From Marsupella aquatica (Eukaryota; Plantae; Marchantiophyta), in NCBI GenBank assembly GCA_973895155.1, contig OZ316892.1, positions 5,984,476 through 6,048,475 on the forward strand: 64,000 bases of DNA, read 5' to 3'. A program made the translations under genes and the position numbers. Positions 1-12,500 of this stretch are shown here, one piece after another; within the stretch, counting starts at the first letter, position 1, and each line of letters begins with the position of its first letter. The notes below the pieces were generated by a model. The model was not told the origin of the DNA, searched no databases, and saw nothing but the letters and a program-made list of their open reading frames with translations.

Positions 1-676
1 CATTTTTTGAGCCGGTAAAGCATTACGAAATTCTCTCTTTTGTGCCAACTGGTTCAGAAGTACAGACTGTAATTAATTGAAGTGTTTGGCAACTTTGCTG
101 ATTGACACGGACTTTGATACTTAGAAGCTCTTCTGTGCCGAACGAATGGTTCAACTTGGGAAGTTCGTCATTCAGCATGAAATCAAGATAATTAGAAAGT
201 GGAAGCATCTGAGTGTGCTAAGCTCCACTACCTTGAATCCCTGAGTTTGGTGGTAAATTGATCACGCTTGTTTACAGGTCCACCCCCAAGCACCAGCGTC
301 ACCGTCTAGAGTCTTCGAATCACTCTCGACAATCCTAGCTTTCAATTACTTTGCAGTAGATACTAGCCTGGTTACCGCGTCCGTGAACTAAATAGAGATG
401 AGACCAAAAAAGTGTTTGGAAAAAAATAATTCCTTATTTCTTCCTGTTCATTTCTGCCCCCATCTATGTTTTCTGTATAATGCTTTCAATTATCTCCTCC
501 TCTTCATTGTGCCCCCATCAATGTTTTGTGTATGCACTTTGAATTATCTCCTTAGAGTCATTGACTAGCGGTTCCCTCTAGACAATGGCGACTGCCGAGT
601 AGGTTTTGATACTTAGCCCTTTACTAGTAGCATAGTGTCTCATTAAAAATCCAAGAATGAAAATGCTGCTGCAGAT

Positions 677-894
677 GTGAAGAGCCTCACTTAATAAATG
701 GTGTCTTACATCAAGCATGACTGTTCTGGGTCATAAACACCCTAAAACAAAATTCCTTTTAGTGCTCTACATTGGAATAAAAAGCCTCCATGATTTTTAC
801 AGAAATTTAAAAGATTTCCACTTCACTCACAAAAATAAATTATTATATTAATTTGCAAGTGATGAGTAGGAAGAACACAATTGAGGACCCAGGG
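677..894. mobile_element. Degenerate MITE of the P-like TIR family
   Basis: Ends GTGAAGAGCCTCACT and ATTGAGGACCCAGGG resemble the family TIR; flanks CTGCAGAT/CTCCAGAT give a 7/8 TSD match; AT-rich interior. Confidence 0.55.
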
Positions 895-1440
895 CTCCAG
901 ATGCAATGATTTCTATTACATCTTACTAAGAGTATATATTATGCACAAAGAATGAGCACGCCTTGATTAAAAGGGGCTTTACAAGAACTAGGAGGCAGGT
1001 TTTATTTTTCCTAAGTATGTTTGAGATACAATAGTAGTCATTCAAATGTGTGGACATGCATGCCAATTGAAACTTCACTTTGCATGGAATGAAATTCGAA
1101 GAAAATATAGCAAAACAGTTCCCAATCCCAGTCACCTAATAGTGGGTGCTTTAGTTCTTGCTGATGTGGCCAAGCATGCTTTTCTGTCAAATTAAACCTT
1201 AGACCACATCTTGAGCTAGTTGGTCTGACTAAGAATGGACAACTTGGCCCATTCCTATTCAGGTTCTTGCATTTATTTTCTTTAGGGCTCACACCTTTAG
1301 CTCAGGCACTTTGACTTTTGAGTACACATGGACCTCATGTTGAAATGGGTGAACAGTGGCCACTTGTGCCCCAAATTGTTGTAAAACCCCCCTAATTACT
1401 TAGGTCGTTTGTCCCAACAGGCTTGACCATGCATTTGTGG

Positions 1441-1542
1441 CCCCGAGTTCTTGTAAAGCCCCTCTAATCACTTGAATTCCGACTTTGCCCCCAAGTTCTT
1501 GTCGAGCCCCTTTAATCACTTGAGTTCCTACTTTGCCCCAAG
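1441..1542. repeat. Short imperfect tandem duplication (~48-bp unit)
   Basis: cccc(g/a)agttcttgt..agcccct.taatcacttga.ttcc.actttgcccc occurs twice. Confidence 0.7.
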
Positions 1543-1924
1543 TCATGATCCAGGGAAAGTGTGAATCGAAAACTTCTGGAGGTTGCAAATTGGATGCTTG
1601 ATGCACTAGCACACTGCAGGTGCATGATTATGCAGCCTTGAACTTGCAGAATGACGCAGTGAGGACCCGCATTCTACCAGCTGTTGACTTTGGTGGAATA
1701 GGACCCCCTGCCACTCAACAATTACATTTTGGTTGTTTGCAAACAAATTCCATCCTTGAAGTAAGGGAAAAGGACCAATTTACTAGACAGATGGACACAA
1801 ACTTTTGACATGACCAGAAAGTTAGTCTCTATGTAAACTAAGTAGTACTATAATTATGTACTGGCATCTAGCATAGCTAGTCCCTTATATATACCTATAT
1901 ACTTCTTGTTACTTAAAGCAAATA

Positions 1925-2221
1925 CTCGGGGGTTTCACTTCCACAAAAATGGCATATCACGTGCGACGAAGGATAGGGTCATTTTATTGGTTCTAAGGGA
2001 AGACTTAAATTTTTTTGTAGAAGAACAATATGATCTTTTAAATTCATTTTTGAGACTTATAAGAAGATTAGGGTCTTTTTAATCCAATTTTTAGAATATT
2101 CCAAGAATATTCCAACTTTATAGGGTTAAAAAAATAAAATAAAAATCTTACATTTTAGGGGGTCCGAGGCCTAAAAACGTCGCAGGTGATGGGGAGGTCC
2201 CCATATAGTGAGGCCCCTGAG
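1925..2221. mobile_element. MITE (297 bp) of the P-like element at 47141-57919, in opposite orientation
   Basis: TIRs CTCGGGGGTTTCACT...AGTGAGGCCCCTGAG; exact 8-bp TSD AGCAAATA (1917-1924, 2222-2229); both subterminal regions align by eye to the reverse complement of the autonomous element's ends. Confidence 0.9.
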
Positions 2222-2888
2222 AGCAAATATAATCTTGGGCATCCCTTTTGAGTCTTGGATTCAGTCTGAGAGTCAATCCAAGTGTGTCAAAAACCCTAGA
2301 ATACATCTGAAAGTAATGCGGTGTCCATTCATTTTTCAAGTTGAAGTTTGCAACCAGACCAATGATTGTAGTATTTTGGCAGGATCCCATATATATCATA
2401 GTGATTGATTAGTTATTTACAGAATTACATTGGAATAGCACTTTTGTGCCTTATCACCCGCCGATCTGTAATTGGCTTAGTCACTTGCTTTGATACCATT
2501 TATGCTCCTATGTAGTGGAAGTAAGTAGTACCTTAATTTGGTCTCCTCTTAGTTAATCTTGGATATCGTCGAGTAACTCTCCTCTGACTAGTTTCTCTCA
2601 ATTTAAATGATCTCTTTGTGCTCAGATTACTAATTTCTTCCACAGTACCCTGGCTCTCATAATCATGTGCGAGCTTGGAAACAACTTACTCCTAGTCTTT
2701 GGTATAACTCAAAGCATCATAGATGGGATGCTGGCCTTCACCTGGATGGTAGGGAAAAAAATGCATGCCTACAGGGAGGGAGGGTCAGTATATGGAGGCC
2801 CCCCATATCACCTGTGACATTTTTTAGGGATGAATCGCCCTACAAACTACAGGAACTACTTTTTGGAAATTGTTTAACCTCTATGGAA

Positions 2889-3193
2889 TGCGGGGGCCTC
2901 ACTCTTAAGGGGGTCTTGTAACACGCTTGACGTTTTTAGCTATAAAACACCCTAAAAAATAAGAAAGAATTTGTTTTTTGGAATTATTTTTCTACCTCTA
3001 TCTTTTTGGAATATTCTAAAAATATTTCCAAAATCATTTCTAAGACACTATCTTCTATTATAATTCTCAAAATTGTATTTTTAAAACCCTAATGTTCTTT
3101 TGCATAAATTTAAAAGTATTCTTCTCAACCCAATAAACAAACCCTATACTTACTTTCACGTGGGGTAGAAAGGAAATAAGTGAGGACCCCGGG
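2889..3193. mobile_element. MITE (305 bp) of the P-like TIR family
   Basis: TIRs TGCGGGGGCCTCACT...AGTGAGGACCCCGGG; exact 8-bp TSD CTATGGAA (2881-2888, 3194-3201). Confidence 0.85.
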
Positions 3194-3555
3194 CTATGGA
3201 AGTGATGTTAGATATTGCTCTAGTCTTGTGACTCATGAGCTAACCACAGTTAGTCTAACTCAGGTTAGGACTTAGCTAATGTTAGCGGTAGTGCTGTTGT
3301 GCATATAGCCAGGGCTGATACCAGACCCTGGTGAAACTTAATTAGGCTCATTGTTATGGAGCTAGTTGAGAGATAGGGAGAGCTTGTGCTGTGGATGCTT
3401 GGTATGGCCGGTCGGCCTAGAGTGCAGTAAAGCTCTTGTGTGTTCTCGTGAACGTAGCCTCATGTGGAGGTGAACCACATATATCTCTATGTCAACTCTT
3501 GTACGTTGGATGGTTCATGGGCTTGCAGTTGCGAATATTGTCTATGCTCAACAAG

Positions 3556-3567
3556 TGGTATCAGAGC
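3556..3567 (+). promoter_or_regulatory. Primer binding site (tRNA-iMet) of the copia element
   Basis: TGGTATCAGAGC two bases after the LTR end CAACA. Confidence 0.9.
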
Positions 3568-4751
3568 ATGCCTGGGAGGTGACGAGGTTTTTTTGTGACG
3601 GGTTTTTCCAGCATTCATTGTCGATGGAACATTTGGAGTTTTGTCGCATGAAACTCGAATGTGTGTGGTTGAGCGGATAGGTTAGTGAGAGGGCTTTCTA
3701 ACGGTGGTTAGAACTCGCTGATCGACATCCGTGGTGTGGAGGAATCGATATTTGCGTTGTTCAGGTTTTATTCATGTTCAACGGCTTTTCGGGGGAGAGA
3801 CCAGAGTTTGCATTTTTCAACGGTGTGAGCTGTGCAGTGCGGGAGGGATCACACATTATAGCTCAAGTTGAAGGTTGAAGCAAGCTGGTCATTTTGGTAG
3901 CTGGATTGCTGCCGAGTTATCTGAGTGCAACGTGGCGAGTGAAGGAGACGTTCAGTTTTTTCACAAGCTATGGAGCTTGTTCCCATCTAAACCGGGTTTC
4001 TCTTCGTGACGTCCGACTCGGTGGAAGAGATGCGAAGTGCTACTGCTCAACGGTTTGATCGCGGTGAGGCAGTCATTTTGAGCCCGGGATTGGTACTTGA
4101 CACGGAGTGAAGGCGACACGGTGGAATTTTTTTACTCTGCTGGAGCTGCAGACTGAGCCGGTGCAATTCGTCAACATTTCCCGTCGGTGGCGTTCACTTA
4201 TAGGCAACGCGGATGCGCCTTTTTTTATACTTGTATTTTTGCTAAGGGGCACTAACCACCCCTTTAAGGCCCATTTTTATGCCATTTTTATCCTCCTTAT
4301 TTTACTTGGTGTCGGGACCTGCCGCCCTCCGTTTTAACCACTTGGATAGGGGGAACGCCCCCCTGTGAGACCTGTCGGATTGTGCAAGAATATTCCCAAA
4401 AAACAAAGAGTTGTTTCTCGGCCGTCCAACAAAGACTCCGTCCGCCAAACGGTAAATTTTTTGGTTCTTTTTTGGCGAGGACGTAGCCATTGAAGTTTGC
4501 AACGTGACGCACCAATCAAATTGCAATTCTGAAGACGGGTTGTACTTGGTATTTCAGTTATTCCCTGAGGTGGTCAAAACGGGGGAGTTTCCCAAGGTTT
4601 TACCCACCCTGACCAAAATTTGAATAACTTTTTCGTCGAATTTTGATTTTTTTCAGTATTGGACTCCTAGCTTTGTGGGCTACGCGGCAGTGTTGAGTTT
4701 TGAGTTTTATGAGATGTTTTGAAAAAAGACCTTTTTTCGTGATTGTTTCAT

Positions 4752-7700
4752 ATGAGTGACTCGGAGGATACTAGAAGAATTGGTGTCAATGGAGCTTCAG
4801 GATCGCGACGGTCAGACGGAGAGTGTGAGGAAGAGCTGCTACTGTTTGAGGAAGAACTTGTATCACCGGTACGATCATCGGTGCGGCGTGCAATGGAGGA
4901 AGCTGTACTACTACCAAAGCTGTTGGTAGTAGGGAAGAAGAGGGAGATGACTAGATTTGGAGGAGTGAAGTTTGAGGTGGAGAAGTACGATGGTCGTATT
5001 GGTTACTTGCTCTGGGACAAGCAAGTGAAGGGTGTTCTACGGGCCATGGGCTTAGCTCATCTACTTTCTTCGCGAGAGCAGTATGATGGAGAGGAGGAGA
5101 TCTCAGAGAAGCAGTGGAGACAAGAGCAGGTGATTGCTGTCAATGCAGTGATGCTTTATCTCAAGCCGCACATCATCAAGAAGTTGGATGATTATGTGGA
5201 TTGCGCGTCACTGGTCAAGGCTCTAAGAGAGAAGTACTACCGGGAAGATGCGTCAGACCGGCTGTACAAGAAGTCTCTCTTGATGAGCCTCAAGCTCAAG
5301 GAAAGGAGCAAGCTGCAGGATCACCTAGATGAATTTGACAATCAAGCGGTGGATCTGTCAAACCTGGGAAAAGGAGTTGAAGATGAGGATAAGGCCTTGC
5401 TTCTACTAAGCTCCTTACCGCCGTCATATCAAGGCTTGAAACAAGTGCTCTTGTACAGAGATCTGAAGTCCATTTTGTATAATGAGGTGGTTGTTGAGCA
5501 TAGACGACATTCGTAACGGCAAGCCCATGCCCTGGGCCCCCACTCCTTTCTAATATGGGGAGGACGTGAGAACCATTCAAGTGTCATTTTTATCCCTTCG
5601 GCGGTAATTTTTATATTTTTCTTATAATTTCGCAACCTCCACATATATACCGAAACCACTTTGAATTTTGCAAGATCCCTTGAAATGACATCCTTCTTAC
5701 TTTTGTGAAAGGGTAAATCAATAGGTAGCAACACGCGAAAGGGAAATCGCAAGAGAGAAAGCCTCTTGCTTGTTGGAATTGTGGCAAGCCTGGCCACATG
5801 AAAAGGGATTGTCGAGTAAAGGACCCTACTGCATCTGCTAACGCGGCATTTCAAGAGCTCGCAGGAGGTAGATTTGCTCGATGATGATGACATATTGTGA
5901 TGCCAAGGTTATGCTCTCAACGTAGTGTCAAATCCAGGTAGTGATGACTGGATTCTAGATAGTGCATGTACTTTTATGTTTGCTCTAGAAGAGATTTTTT
6001 CAGTCCTTACACGGATTCCAACAGTTCAGTGTTGATAGGAAATGGCATCCCATGTCAAGTGGTTGGACTTGGATCTATTAGATTTCAAATGTTTGATGGT
6101 GCTGTAAGAACGTTGAGGAATGTGAGACACATTCCCAACATGATGAAAAATCTCATTTCACTTGTTTTAGAAGCAAATGGCCATCACTGGAGTTCTGCTA
6201 ACGGTGTCCTTCAGGTTTTAACTAGTACTAAAGTTGTATTGAAGGGAAAGAGACATAACAATCTATACGTTTTGGAGGGCAGTGTAGTTTGTGATGAAGC
6301 CAATGTAACCTTATCTCATGAGGAGATGGCCCGTCTGCGGCACTTCCGTTTGGGCCACATGAGTGAAAAAGGTTTGGTTATTCTTTAGAAGAAAGGATTA
6401 CTTTTGGGATTACTTTCTAATTTGCAATCTTGTAAGTTGGAATTTTGTGAGCACTATGTACTTAGGAAGCAGCACAAGAAACCCTTCGGAGTTGGAACTC
6501 ACACCAGCAAGGAGGTACTTGAGTATGTACATAGTGATGTGTGGGGTCCAGCCCCTACTCCCTCACATTCTGGACGGTTGTACTATGTCACGTTCATAGA
6601 TAATTATTCAAGGTATGTGTGGATATACTTTCTACACAATAAGTCTGATGTTTTTGCCACTTTTAAGGAATGAAAAGCCCAAGTTGAGAATTAGACTGGT
6701 AATAAGGTGAGATATCTTTGATTAGATAACGGCAGTGAATACAATTCCGGGGAATTTGGTACGTATTGTAAGGAGCAGTGGATTACCCGTCATCTCACAA
6801 CAAGTTATACTCCTCAGCAGAATAGTGTTTCTGAGAGACTCAACCGAACACTATTGGACCGCTCGAGGAGTATGTTGAGTCAATCATGCTTATCACATGA
6901 GTTTTGGGCTGAAGCTGTCAACACTGTAGCTAATTTGGTAAATTTTTCTCCATCCAATTTTATTGGATTCAAGACTCCATTTGAAATGATGTACGGGCGT
7001 CCAACAGATTACTCACATCTGAGGATTTTTGGATGTGATGCTTATGTGCTTACACCTTCTCAGCTTCGATCCAAGTTGGAGTCCAAGTCGAAGAAGTGCA
7101 TTTTCCTTGGCTATCAGAAAGGTGTGAAGGGTTATAGGTTATGAGATCCAATAACCTGTAAACTAATTGTTAGTAGAGATGTGTCCTTTAATGAATCCAG
7201 ATCATCAAAGGAGGGGGAGAGTTCTCAAGACTCCAATACTGACAAGGAGAAATCTCCCATCCCGGACCGGGTTGAGGGGAGATTAGTCATGATGTTGTTC
7301 TTGACAGGAGAGATGGAGAAGCTCTAGGCTTGGAGCTGGTTCCTGTGATGGAACAAGAGGAGCAGATTGTTGCTGGGGTACCTCAAATTCAACCAGCAGC
7401 AGCAGTAGATCAACCTCAGTCATCTACTAGAAGAACTTCCAATTATTATACTAGAGCTCCTACCAGGTATGGTCAATGGGCAGACTCATCTAAGCTAGAT
7501 GATATTGACATTGCACCTGATGATGATGATATGGCTTTGATCTTGGAAGAAGGAGAGCCTTCTTCGTACAGTGAGGCTTGTGCTTCCCAGCAAAAGCATG
7601 AGTGGAATGCAGCAATGTAGAGGGAGTTGCAATCTTTGAGTGACGACAAGACATGGGAGCTGGTGGAGCTTTCAAGAGGTCAGCAAGTGGATTTACAAGT

Positions 7701-8300
7701 TGAAGGACAGTCCTTCAGAGGGTGGAGATAAGATCTACAAGGCAAGGCTTGGTGCCAAGGGGTCCACTCAAGAGAAAGGAGTGGACTACAATGAGGTCTT
7801 TTTACCGGTGGCTAAGTATTCAACAATTCGGATCTTGTGTCAGCTTGTTGTGTTTTTTGGTCTGGTTTTGGATCAAATGAATGTTGTTATTGCTTTTCTC
7901 TATGACAACTTGGAAGAGTTGATCTTCATGAGACAACCACTAGGCTTTATGAAGAAGGGCCAAGAGAACTTAGTTTGCAGATTGCTCAAGTCCTTGTATG
8001 GATTGAAGCAATCTCCCAGATAGTGGAACAAGCGGTTTGTTGATTTCATGCTTGCTCAAGGTTTTACAAGGATGGTATTTGATCCTTGTGTGTATACGAA
8101 ATCAATCAAGAATGATGTATTTGGTTTCATCATTCTGGTTATCTATGTGGATGACATGCTGATTGTGGCTAAAGATCAATCTGAGGTTGACAAACTCGAG
8201 ACAAAATTGAGTTCTAAATTCAGGATGAAGGATCTTGGTAAGGCCAAGAGGATCTTAGGGATGGAGATTTTTAGAAACTCTGATACTGGACAGTTGTGCC
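4752..8300 (+). pseudogene. Copia gag-pol pseudogene
   Basis: Gag (KALLLLSSLPPSY), zinc knuckle CWNCGKPGHMKRDC, protease WILDS, integrase (HFRLGH, YVHSDVWGP, FWAEAVNT), RT (KSLYGLKQSPR, YVDDML); many stops and frameshifts. Confidence 0.92.
5530..5705. mobile_element. One-ended fragment of the P-like family inserted in copia gag
   Basis: Starts CCCTGGGCCCCCACT...TAATATGGGGAGGACGTG, matching the left end of the 9133-10127 element; no right TIR; end coordinate approximate. Confidence 0.6.
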
Positions 8301-8799
8301 TCTTGTCTTCTTTTATTAGTCTCAAAATTGATTACAGATACCCTAAGGTTCTTTCACATAAATTTCTAATTTTCTTTGTTTTCTTTGAAAATAATTTTAA
8401 AAATCTATTTTTGTTCATACAAGATCGATGGGTTAAGGGTTTAAATTTTGATGTGCGCTCGCAGTTACCGGACCCTGTAAATGACTTGCATTAAACTCTT
8501 GTCATTACATTGGACATAATATCATGCAATATCTTATATAGTACTTCTTATGGATGGTTATGGGAAGACTTGATCTTCCTGCAATAGTCATTTTCCTTGC
8601 TTAGAAAAGCCTCCATTCACTTTTTCACTCACACCACATATAATAATTCCCTTTCTAGTTTCGTCCTTCCACTTTTTCTAGTTTGGATTTTTTCCACCAC
8701 CTAATTCCCTTTTTGGTTTCTTCCTTCCACGTTTTCTAGTTTAATTTTTTTCACCGCCAATTTTGAAAGATGACAAGGGTATGAAAGAGAGCAACCTTG

Positions 8800-10672
8800 T
8801 ATTGTGTTTTTGTTTTTGTTTTTGCGGAGCCTTGAGAAACTAAAGCAGGCCCATCCAACAGAGTATACTTAGGCATGTATCCGGCTTTGAAGAATGCATT
8901 CAATTTTATGTAGAGTAACCACAATCTGAGGACAATATTATGGTTTGTTTGTTTTTTGCCTTGAAAACCAAAGCAGGCCCATCCAGCAGAGATAGACGTC
9001 TTGCTCAAGAGCATGCAATTTTATGTAGAGTAACCACAAGGGAACAATATCCAGGGATCCGACAAGGACCCAGACCAGGAGGGAGAAAGGGTTAAACCAA
9101 GAGGATACTTAATAGACATCCTGCTATGGAGCCCCTGGGCCCTCAGCGTTACTAATACAGGGAGGACGTGCGAACAACGCAAGGGTATTTTTAATGTAAT
9201 ACAAACATATTTTTATAATAATTTTTAAAGTAGGCAACATCCCTGTATATACATTCATCACAATATTAGTAATAAGGCTCTTATCAAATACATGTCACAT
9301 TATTCTTACGCAAGGGTACCCAAAATGCCAAGTACACGCGTCACTATATGGTTGGGACACATACAGTCATCACCTCATTTGCACACGTGTTCATATAGTA
9401 AATCAGACATTTAATTATTTGTTGTCTTAATGCAAGTTTAGTTTTGTGGGACCCTTTATAGTGGGACAAATGGTTTTGGGTAGACGTGTTTACCCACATG
9501 TTTAGGAGTTAAGTCGGGAGTTGAGTAAATGTTGGGAATCTGGGATTGATGGGGATTCATGGATCAACCCCACATGGACGAACAAGATTACTTTTGAATT
9601 CTCTTGAATCAAACAGCTAGGTATGAGGCTAGATGTGTTTGCGTGTGTAGGGGGGTATCGGGTGCTCAACCAATGTTTGTTATAGTTGGTTCAGACTTTG
9701 GAGTATTATCCCTCGATTATACATATAGTACTCATGAAACCAGAAGTTTAGAGGCACTGTTGCGAACACTAAGAGGAGAGTGCATGCCTCTTTGTATACT
9801 ATAGGAAGAACTATTCTTGTAGTGTATTAATTTTGTTCATCTATATAAAATATGTATCCTGAACATTGGGCGTAACAGCCATACAAGTCCCCTATGCAGT
9901 CTCATCTATTTCAGTATGATATTTGCAATTTTAAAAATTCAAGGGTGTTTTCAATTCCTTGAAAAACTCTATTATAATTTACAAAAGGATAAAATTTAAT
10001 AGAAAATTTAATATTTTTACATTAACAAGGAGATTTTTTTTGTGAACAAAAATATTAAGAAGGGGTACACGGGGGGTGTCTGTTCTCATGGGGGTTCACT
10101 TAATATAGTAAGAGTGAGGGCCCAGGGTATGGAGCATGTAATTCTATGTGGGGTAACCACAAGAGTACAATATTATGTTTGTTGTTTTAATTTTGCCTTG
10201 AAAACTGAAGCAGGCCCATCCAATAGAGGATAGATGTACGCTCTAGAGCATGCATGCAATTCTATGTAGGGCAACCACAATAGAACATACAATACCCAGA
10301 GATCCGACAAGGACCCAGACTAGGAGGGATCGAGAGAAGATTAAACCAGGCCCCAGAGCGGGCAACCAGGGGCCAAGGAACCAATACTTCCACCACTACA
10401 CCTATCCACACCCCTTGTGTGTGGAGGGGGTATCCACTCCCCCTCGAGTGTGGGGGCCCCCTCTTCCTTGAGTGTGGAGGGGTATTGAGAGGGGCTGAGG
10501 AACCAATACTTCCACCACTACACCTATCCACACCCCTTGTGTGTGTCCCCCTTGAGTATGGAGGGGTATTGAATGTGGGACCTCTTGGTTCTAGGCTCCC
10601 CGTGTGTGTCCCCCTTGAGTATGGAGGGGTATTGAATGTGGGACCTCTTGGTTCTAGGCTCCCCTGGCCTAG
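8800..10672 (-). mobile_element. Cluster of tRNA-like SINE copies with internal tandem duplications, interrupted by a MITE
   Basis: Reverse complement matches the 28390-28831 SINE in head (AGCCTAGAACC..ATTCAAT) and body (CTCCCTCCT.GTCTGGGTC, CTCT.TTGGATGGG); ~62-bp head duplication 10539-10663; T-rich tail near 8800. Confidence 0.6.
9133..10127. mobile_element. Non-autonomous P-like family element (995 bp)
   Basis: TIRs CCCTGGGCCCTCA...TGAGGGCCCAGGG; exact 8-bp TSD TATGGAGC (9125-9132, 10128-10135). Confidence 0.88.
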
Positions 10673-11539
10673 TATTATCTGTTTGATTCTTGGGGACCAG
10701 ATGTATTATTTGTATGATCCAACAAGGTACCAGTATTGCTATTATATTGCGAGTTGATGTCGGTGGCCTTCAGGACGGAGAACATCTGCTATCACGGCGA
10801 TGGCGACAGCAAAACGAGCAGTGAAAGACTCATACACAAATCCGAATTGTGCATAGTCCGATTCACACTCTACAACCTGTGTACGGATACCTCGACGGGG
10901 GCGTTGTTTTAATGAGCGGCAAGTGAGATTGAACTAATAAACTAGTAATGGACCGGATTGCTAACTAAATTGAACATCCAATGTTCGAACGAAGGTAGAG
11001 CATTGATTTCTTCTTAGTTAGAAAACTGCTGGATTGAAGTTCCAATCTGAATTGATTTGGGGAAGATAACATGAAGATTCTGAGCTGTTTATTATTAAAA
11101 GCGGAGGAAGCTCGCTCACGTTTGACCGGATCAGGTCTGGTCTGATGATTGATCGACAGTGGCGCTTTAAGCGGAGGAAGCTGGTTCACGTGGACCCACT
11201 CTTGTAGTGGTAAGAATTGATCGAATCCACATCATACGCTTCACAAAAGGTTCATTCAATTAATATTAATATGTATTCTAGATGACGTGAGGTTGATCAA
11301 AGCAAGTCGAAGAATATCCTGGGCAATTGAAAAGATAAGTTCCTCGAAAGTTGAATTGTAGCTGTATCGTCCAGATTTTGGCCTTCACTAAGACCCTTTA
11401 TTGGAAATTGAACTAGAAAGCGTAACTAAAGAACTCGTCCCCTACGTACCTCTTGCTTGTCGATATATATCAAAATGTGCTGGTAGTTCGAGATCATTCA
11501 GCCCAGTATTCAGCTCTAAGTTACGGGCCGGTCTCTCGC

Positions 11540-12500
11540 AGTCTCGCATACCAGGCTAGCTTTGAAAGGAGTCCTTTCCGTAGGATGGGGATCGGAGATC
11601 GGATCATGGAGTCTCTGGCTAGTAGTGCGAGCCCGTTTCCACATTTTGGTGCATCCGGCGCTGTGAGCGATACTACAAAGGGTTAGAACTATTTCACACT
11701 ACTCTTCCCTAAGTACCGTTGTTTCGGGGTTTGACACGATTGTGCTGCCTGGAGTTGAATGTTTCAGGTCGAGTTTACAGTTCGCCAGGGATATCAATCG
11801 AAGTTGTACGTATATGGTCCATTTGGAAGAGGATCATAGAGGTCTTAATAATGTCTATCTCGCTCTCTACAGGGACTGCCAGGAGAGCTTTCTGTAACAT
11901 GGGGATGAAATTTCGAATCATGGAGTCTTTGGCAAAAAAGAGCCTGAGTAAGAAAATTATACTTTCTTTAAGCGCTGTGGATGATGCAAAGGGTAAGAAA
12001 ACTCGTCTCTTTAAGACATGTTAATTTGACATGTGCTGGCAGACTTCCTATCGATCATCTATTCAGCTATAGTGCCGGAGGGATATAGAAGTTGCAGGGG
12101 TTCTTCTCTGGATAGATATTTTAATCTCGCTCGTTTTTACATACAACAGGGTCTGAATGGAGAGCTTTCTGCAAGATGGTGATCCAGTGTGATCGAGTCA
12201 TGGAGTCTCATGCTACTGATAATAGCCTAAGTGGTAGAAAATGCTTCCGTTTCCAAATTTTGGGGCATGCCTTATGAGCGGTACAAAGAGTAAGAACTCT
12301 TTCGAGCCTAACTATTCGTTTCGGCAACTTGAAATGCGCTGGTAGGACTTCGATCTGTGGAATGTAGTGCTCTAATTTAGATTGTCCGAGAAACAAAGTT
12401 GTCGGTTTCAATTAGCTCTGGAGAAGCATAGATGCTTAAATATTTCTTTCCCACTCTAAACAGGGTCTGAAAGGAGAGCTTTCTGTACGATGGGGACCGA
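11540..12500 (+). repeat. Four diverged ~300-bp tandem units, each with splice acceptor and ATG (units 1-3 also with a donor), upstream of the 2OGD gene
   Basis: Recurrent CAG|G...GGAG...TTTC.G.A..ATGG.GA motif with ATGs at 11585, 11899, 12176 and 12490. Confidence 0.75.

Larger units (their letters stand above)
3206..8300 (+). mobile_element. Ty1/copia LTR retrotransposon, 3'-truncated and degenerate
   Basis: Putative 5' LTR TG...CA (3206-3553), tRNA-iMet PBS, gag-PR-INT-RT order; no RNase H or 3' LTR seen. Confidence 0.9.

Noticed and set aside
900-1850. Short ORFs, possibly a decayed TE or gene fragment
   Set aside because: No recognisable motif
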